This document shows, one piece after another, positions 62,283 through 64,000 of a stretch of 64,000 nucleotides of DNA. The notes beneath the pieces were generated by a model that ran no database searches, had not been told where the DNA came from, and saw only the letters and a list, made by a program, of their open reading frames with translations. Source of the stretch: Waterburya sp. (GTDB lineage Bacteria; Cyanobacteriota; Cyanobacteriia; Cyanobacteriales; Xenococcaceae); the NCBI GenBank assembly GCA_965217895.1, contig CBDCJV010000002.1, positions 960,001 through 1,024,000 of the forward strand, written 5' to 3'. The stretch's first letter is position 1. Every line of letters begins with the position of its first letter. Position numbers and translations under genes: made by a program.

Positions 62283-64000
62283 GTGAGTAAAGATAACAAT
62301 AAAAAATGGCGCAATGCAGGGCTGTATGTTTTGTTAGCCATAGTAGTGGTAGCATTAGGTACGGCATTTTTAGATAAGCAACCTCAAACCCGTGAAACTT
62401 GGGCGTACAGCAAATTAATCGACGAAGTTCAAAATCATAAAATAGAAACAGTCAAAATTAGTGCAGATCGCACTAAAGCGCAGGTTATTGACCGTGAAGG
62501 TACACCTATAACTGTTAACCTACCTAACGATCCTCAATTAATTGATATCTTGAGTGATAACGGTGTTGATATTGCCGTCTTGCCTCAAAGTGATGAAGGA
62601 TGGTTATTTAGAGCTTTGAGCAGTCTTTTATTCCCCATATTATTATTAGTTGGATTATTTTTCCTTCTTAGAAGAGCGCAAAGTGGTCCTGGCTCACAAG
62701 CAATGAACTTTGGCAAATCTAAAGCCAGAGTGCAGATGGAGCCTAAAACTCAAGTAACTTTCGGCGATGTGGCAGGTATTGAACAAGCCAAGCTAGAGCT
62801 TACCGAGGTAGTAGACTTTCTTAAAAATGCCGATCGCTTTACTGCTATTGGCGCAAAAATTCCCAAGGGTGTGTTGCTTGTCGGCCCTCCAGGGACAGGT
62901 AAAACCTTACTAGCTAAAGCGGTAGCTGGTGAAGCTGGCGTACCTTTCTTTAGTATTTCTGGTTCAGAGTTCGTCGAAATGTTTGTAGGTGTGGGTGCTT
63001 CTCGTGTCCGCGATTTGTTTGAACAAGCTAAAGCTAATGCTCCTTGTATCGTCTTTATCGATGAGATTGATGCCGTTGGTCGTCAGCGTGGTGCTGGTTT
63101 AGGCGGTGGTAACGATGAGCGCGAACAGACTCTTAACCAACTGCTAACCGAGATGGATGGTTTTGAAGGCAATACAGGCATTATCTTGATTGCTGCTACC
63201 AACCGTCCTGATGTATTAGACTCTGCTTTAATGCGTCCAGGTCGCTTTGACCGTCAGGTAGTAGTAGATCGTCCTGACTATGCAGGTCGTCAAGAAATTC
63301 TTAATGTTCATGCTCGCGGTAAAACTTTAGCCAAAGACGTAGACCTCAACAAAGTCGCCCGTCGTACCCCTGGCTTTACTGGCGCAGATTTAGCCAACTT
63401 GCTTAACGAAGCAGCAATTCTCGCAGCTCGTCGCAGCTTGACTGAAATTTCAATGGATGAAGTCAACGACGCAATCGATCGCGTCATGGCTGGACCAGAG
63501 AAGAAAAACCGCGTCATGAGCGAAAAACGCAAAGAACTAGTGGCTTATCATGAGGCTGGTCACGCTTTAGTTGGTGCATTGATGCCTGACTACGATCCTG
63601 TACAGAAAATAAGCATTATTCCTCGTGGTCGTGCTGGTGGTTTAACTTGGTTTACCCCTAGTGAAGATCGCATGGAGTCGGGCTTATATTCTCGTTCTTA
63701 TCTTCAAAATCAAATGGCTGTAGCCCTTGGTGGTCGCTTAGCCGAAGAGATTATCTATGGCGAAGAAGAAGTCACAACTGGTGCTTCTAATGACTTGCAG
63801 CAGGTAACTAAAGTAGCGCGTCAGATGGTAACTCGCTTTGGAATGAGCGATCGCCTTGGTCCTGTAGCTTTGGGTCGTTCAAACGGTAATGTCTTTATGG
63901 GTCGCGATATTGCCTCAGACCGCGATTTCTCTAACGAAACCGCAGCAGCGATCGATGAAGAAGTCCGTAACTATGTCGATCAAGCCTATGGTCGCGCTAA
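62283..64000 (+). CDS. ftsH3: ATP-dependent zinc metalloprotease FtsH3, truncated by the window edge
   Basis: GTG start after [22 protein letters not shown]-terminus; [26 protein letters not shown]. Confidence 0.95.
   Translation, partial: MSKDNNKKWRNAGLYVLLAIVVVALGTAFLDKQPQTRETWAYSKLIDEVQNHKIETVKISADRTKAQVIDREGTPITVNLPNDPQLIDILSDNGVDIAVLPQSDEGWLFRALSSLLFPILLLVGLFFLLRRAQSGPGSQAMNFGKSKARVQMEPKTQVTFGDVAGIEQAKLELTEVVDFLKNADRFTAIGAKIPKGVLLVGPPGTGKTLLAKAVAGEAGVPFFSISGSEFVEMFVGVGASRVRDLFEQAKANAPCIVFIDEIDAVGRQRGAGLGGGNDEREQTLNQLLTEMDGFEGNTGIILIAATNRPDVLDSALMRPGRFDRQVVVDRPDYAGRQEILNVHARGKTLAKDVDLNKVARRTPGFTGADLANLLNEAAILAARRSLTEISMDEVNDAIDRVMAGPEKKNRVMSEKRKELVAYHEAGHALVGALMPDYDPVQKISIIPRGRAGGLTWFTPSEDRMESGLYSRSYLQNQMAVALGGRLAEEIIYGEEEVTTGASNDLQQVTKVARQMVTRFGMSDRLGPVALGRSNGNVFMGRDIASDRDFSNETAAAIDEEVRNYVDQAYGRA

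Overview
Chromosomal window from a cyanobacterium: the HIP1 octamer GCGATCGC is abundant and prk, petH, sigC, pirA, ycf66 and ftsH3 are present. Most of it is core genes (pyrH-frr, tRNA-Gln, ftsI, rnz, thrB, lipA, dapL, exbB/D), plus a purine uptake/deamination cluster (44.4-55 kb) and a decaying stress/envelope cluster (31.9-34.9 kb). The best candidate for an undescribed system is a compact minus-strand RiPP (graspetide) locus at 42095-44275. It has a 65-aa precursor with a non-microviridin core (SRSTQTFDGSGKPYDSDAD), a single ATP-grasp ligase, an uncharacterised 170-aa protein and a small wHTH-like protein. Other signals read from the sequence: (i) a repeated TGACA-N6-TGACA plus -10 promoter architecture upstream of five stress/envelope genes; (ii) a 46-bp inverted duplication (34911-34956 and 41608-41653) that may mark an inversion splitting that gene set; (iii) a structured minus-strand element at about 41445-41600; (iv) a palindromic TGTATAC-W-GTATACA operator candidate in the purine cluster; (v) two MITE-like families and short dispersed repeats; (vi) several pseudogenes, one with an apparent HIP1-to-HIP1 deletion. 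Family assignments come from motif recognition only; no database search was run.
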